Positions 25,010 to 27,603 of a DNA stretch of 27,603 bases are shown here, in pieces. A model generated the notes under the pieces. That model searched no databases. It saw nothing but the letters and a program-made list of their open reading frames with translations, and was not told the DNA's origin. The translations under genes and the position numbers were made by a program. This DNA comes from Candidatus Thorarchaeota archaeon (GTDB taxonomy: Archaea; Asgardarchaeota; Thorarchaeia; Thorarchaeales; Thorarchaeaceae), in contig JBHLRZ010000036.1 of the NCBI GenBank assembly GCA_048882045.1, positions 1 to 27,603 on the forward strand, read 5' to 3'. Position 1 is the first letter of the stretch, and the number at the start of each line of letters is the position of its first letter.

Positions 25010-26227
25010 CTACTCTGTGATTGCTCGCTCATACTTCTGCATTCCGTATGCATAAATTGGCACGAGTATGAATCCTGAGAATCCAACAAGTATGAAAGGT
25101 GCAGTAGGGTCAAGGAAATCCCATAGGACTCCCCCGACAAGTGGAGCAATAAATCGAGAAAAGCCCATTGCCGCTTCAAACAATCCAAATCCTTCACTTG
25201 CTTTTCCCGCATATGCGGTTCCAAATATAGATGACATCACAGTGTAAGCCATGACAGAAGTGACACTTCCAATAGCAAAGAGGGTTGCTACAAGAAGAAG
25301 GTCAAATGGATATGAAAACATGGTGGGAATGAAGATTAGACTGAGTGTACTAATTGCTCCGATTATTACTGCCAGAGAAACAATTCCAATCTTGCTCTTA
25401 TGGTCTGCGAATCTACCCATAAATCCTCCAAACAGTCCCTGAAGTACTCCTCCGGGTAAATATACTAGAGCTACAAGGAGGATATCAGTTGTAAAAATCT
25501 CAAGTATATAGAGTTCCACAAATGGGGAAAGCAGGGCTGTAATGAAGGTGTCAATAGCTGCAGCTATGACAAGCGCTATGATTCCTACTCCAATTGCGGT
25601 TTTAACGACTGATTCAGTGACTAGTTCAGGTTCTCCTTCCAATGGTAGTTTCTTTCTAATGACTATGACTCCACCAATTAGATTCGCAACTGCATAGAAG
25701 ACAAAGACAGGAACCGGATCCCCATTAAGAGCGAAGAGAATATTGAATCCAATGAATGCACCTATTACACTACCCCGCCCATTAGATGCGGCTCGTCGTC
25801 CAAACGCTTCTGCTCTATTCTCTTGTAAGACCCGTTCCGAGATTTCTGCATCACTTCCGACTTGATAGAAGGCGGCACCCATCCCCCAAATGAGGCCATT
25901 CAGAATCAGAAAAGCAATACTGTTCGTTAGAATCGAAACTGCCATTCCCATATACGCTAGTGCTCGAACAATGGCACCAAAGAATATTGATTCACGACGT
26001 CTCCCACGTTTGGCAAATTTACCAGCGACTGGCGAGAAGACAGCTATTCCCAAAGTAAGCAAGGAAAATATGAGAGCAACTTCCGTCGCGCTAGCCCCCA
26101 TTGATCCATATGCAATAATCGGTATCAGAAACCCTACAACAAAAAACCCAAGACTACAGAAGAATGCTGAGTCATATACTGATTTCAGCGCTCTCCAATC
26201 GCTTGTTTTAGGAGTGTCTTCAATCAT
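25010..26227 (-). CDS. MFS transporter
   Basis: AGKFAKRGRRR, ENRAEAFG, MGRFADH, FIAPLVGGVLWD; about 12 TMs. ATG 26227 preferred over TTG 26236. Confidence 0.88.
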   Translation of the reverse strand: MIEDTPKTSDWRALKSVYDSAFFCSLGFFVVGFLIPIIAYGSMGASATEVALIFSLLTLGIAVFSPVAGKFAKRGRRRESIFFGAIVRALAYMGMAVSILTNSIAFLILNGLIWGMGAAFYQVGSDAEISERVLQENRAEAFGRRAASNGRGSVIGAFIGFNILFALNGDPVPVFVFYAVANLIGGVIVIRKKLPLEGEPELVTESVVKTAIGVGIIALVIAAAIDTFITALLSPFVELYILEIFTTDILLVALVYLPGGVLQGLFGGFMGRFADHKSKIGIVSLAVIIGAISTLSLIFIPTMFSYPFDLLLVATLFAIGSVTSVMAYTVMSSIFGTAYAGKASEGFGLFEAAMGFSRFIAPLVGGVLWDFLDPTAPFILVGFSGFILVPIYAYGMQKYERAITE

Positions 26228-26332
26228 CTCTTTCAAGTTTTACAGAAACTGCGAGCGTAGATAAAGGTACATCTCTCCGCTTTCTCAACCCTTAATATGA
26301 AATCTCTACGATATGGATATGGTGTCATTTCA

Positions 26333-26485
26333 ATGGGAGATCACAAAGAACACATGTGTGAATATGTAAAGCATCACAATGTCGAACAGATGCGCGAACG
26401 TGTAAGAGATGCAAAGTTCATCTGTGAGGTCTGTGGCAGAGTCGCAAAAAGCAAGGACTATCTATGCAGACCTGTTGAGTTGTGA
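26333..26485 (+). CDS. 50-aa Cys/His-rich putative zinc-binding protein
   Basis: HMC...KFICEVCGRVA...LCRP. GGTG RBS at 26321-26324 and TATA-like CTTAATAT at 26291-26298 support ATG 26333. Confidence 0.75.
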   Translation: MGDHKEHMCEYVKHHNVEQMRERVRDAKFICEVCGRVAKSKDYLCRPVEL

Positions 26486-26501
26486 TTTTAATAGAATGCC
26501 A

Positions 26502-26534
26502 ATCTTCTGGAGTGACAAAATCCCTCCAGAAGAT
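26502..26534. terminator. probable bidirectional terminator hairpin between convergent genes
   Basis: 11-bp perfect inverted repeat ATCTTCTGGAG...CTCCAGAAGAT followed on + by GATTTTCCTTTT. Confidence 0.65.
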
Positions 26535-26544
26535 GATTTTCCTT

Positions 26545-27531
26545 TTACGGTTTGTAGCATGCCACCCAGTGGCCTGGTGTTACTTCATGCAAAATCGGTT
26601 CGTCCTCTTGGCAATATGCACCTATCTCCTGACAACGGGGCTTGAACCTGCATCCTGGTGGCAAGTCGATAGGTGTCGGAGTTTCTCCCTCTAGCATGAT
26701 TCTCTCACGTTCGACCGTTGGATCAGGTATTGGGATGTTGGATACAAGCGCTCTCGTGTAGGGGTGCTGCGGTTCCTGGATGACATCCTCCATTGGACCC
26801 ATCTCAGCAATTCTTCCTAGGTACATGATGATGAGGAAGTCTCCAATATACCTGGCTTGAGCAAGGTCATGAGTGATGAATATGTAGGTTAGCTCCTTCT
26901 CCTTCTGTAAATCTGTCATTAGGTTCATGACCTCAGTCCGAATACTAGCATCAAGCATAGAAACTGGCTCATCAGCAATGATTAGATCTGGTTTTAGAAT
27001 CAGAGACCTGGCGATTGCTATTCTTTGGAGCTGCCCACCTGATAGTTCATGTGTGTATCTTGAGGCAAAGTCCTCAGCTGGAATCAGTCTCACGTCTTCC
27101 AGCGCCTTGATGACTTTGTCATAGAGGGTTTCATCGCTCTCCTCAAGTTCATGAATGACAAGTCCCTCTCCAACAAGATCCATAACAGTATGTCTTGGAT
27201 CAAGAACTTCGAATGGGTTCTGGAAAATGAGCTGCATCTTTAGTCTAAGTTCACTGAGCTCCAAACGATTCATCCCGAAGATGTTCTCTCCGTTGTAAAA
27301 CACAGAGCCGGATGTAGGCTCAACCAAACGTAGGATTGTCCTTGCTAGAGTCGTTTTTCCGCACCCACTCTCTCCTGCTATCGCGATGGACCCACCTCTT
27401 GGAACATCAAAGCTTACTCCATCAACAGCTTTCACATAGGTTGGTTCTCTTCGGAACGAGAAGAGTCCTGAACGAAGAGTAAACCATTTTCTTACGTCTT
27501 GAACGCTTAGAATAACATCATCGGCTGCCAT
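26545..27531 (-). CDS. oppF: oligopeptide ABC transporter ATP-binding protein (second operon)
   Basis: VRKWF...VKAVDGVSF, GESGCGKTT, HELSGGQLQR, IADEPVSMLD, ITHD, HPYT, GCRFKPRC. Confidence 0.94.
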   Translation of the reverse strand: MAADDVILSVQDVRKWFTLRSGLFSFRREPTYVKAVDGVSFDVPRGGSIAIAGESGCGKTTLARTILRLVEPTSGSVFYNGENIFGMNRLELSELRLKMQLIFQNPFEVLDPRHTVMDLVGEGLVIHELEESDETLYDKVIKALEDVRLIPAEDFASRYTHELSGGQLQRIAIARSLILKPDLIIADEPVSMLDASIRTEVMNLMTDLQKEKELTYIFITHDLAQARYIGDFLIIMYLGRIAEMGPMEDVIQEPQHPYTRALVSNIPIPDPTVERERIMLEGETPTPIDLPPGCRFKPRCQEIGAYCQEDEPILHEVTPGHWVACYKP

Positions 27532-27603
27532 TTACTGTTCACCTCCAAGGTCCAACTCTCCCGCAAAATGACATTTTGCATAGTGGCCAGCATTAATCTC
27601 TCT
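27532..27603 (-). CDS. 3' end of an upstream OppD-type ATPase (partial; absent from the ORF track)
   Basis: The minus strand reads REINAGHYAKCHFAGELDLGGEQ-TAA, matching the 9529 OppF tail GHLVACHFAGELDFG. The stop abuts the next ATG (TAAATG). Confidence 0.85.
   Translation of the reverse strand, partial: REINAGHYAKCHFAGELDLGGEQ

Noticed and set aside
1-27603. Mobile element, prophage, CRISPR, defence system, tRNA or rRNA
   Set aside because: I saw no transposase, integrase, nuclease or cas motifs, no repeat-spacer array and no cloverleaf or rRNA-like segment; intergenic gaps are all under 300 nt.

Overview
A gene-dense, non-mobile chromosomal window, most likely from an Asgard archaeon (Thorarchaeia-like). 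This assignment is inferred from a 7TM-longin fusion protein, TATA-like promoters, GGTGA/GAGGTG ribosome-binding sites and a sequon-rich, TM-anchored solute-binding protein. The window holds one complete Opp/Dpp-type ABC importer (oppA divergent from oppBCDF), the 3' end of a second oppD-oppF pair at the right edge, and two orphan OppD-like ATPases linked to non-permease membrane genes, one with degenerate catalytic motifs. It also encodes two acyltransferase-3 proteins, a DUF362 Fe-S protein, a DinB protein, two MFS transporters, a C45-like Ntn hydrolase, a DHDPS-family lyase, an amidohydrolase, a divergent citrate-synthase homologue, a bacterial-type class I GAPDH, a small Cys/His protein and several hypothetical proteins. 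I found no rRNA, tRNA, CRISPR array or mobile element. The best leads are the orphan ATPase pair, the 7TM-longin protein, a multi-hairpin leader upstream of oppA, two ATPase/membrane-protein gene pairs separated only by an in-frame TAG, and the altered citrate-synthase homologue. All family calls come from motif recognition by eye; no database search was run.
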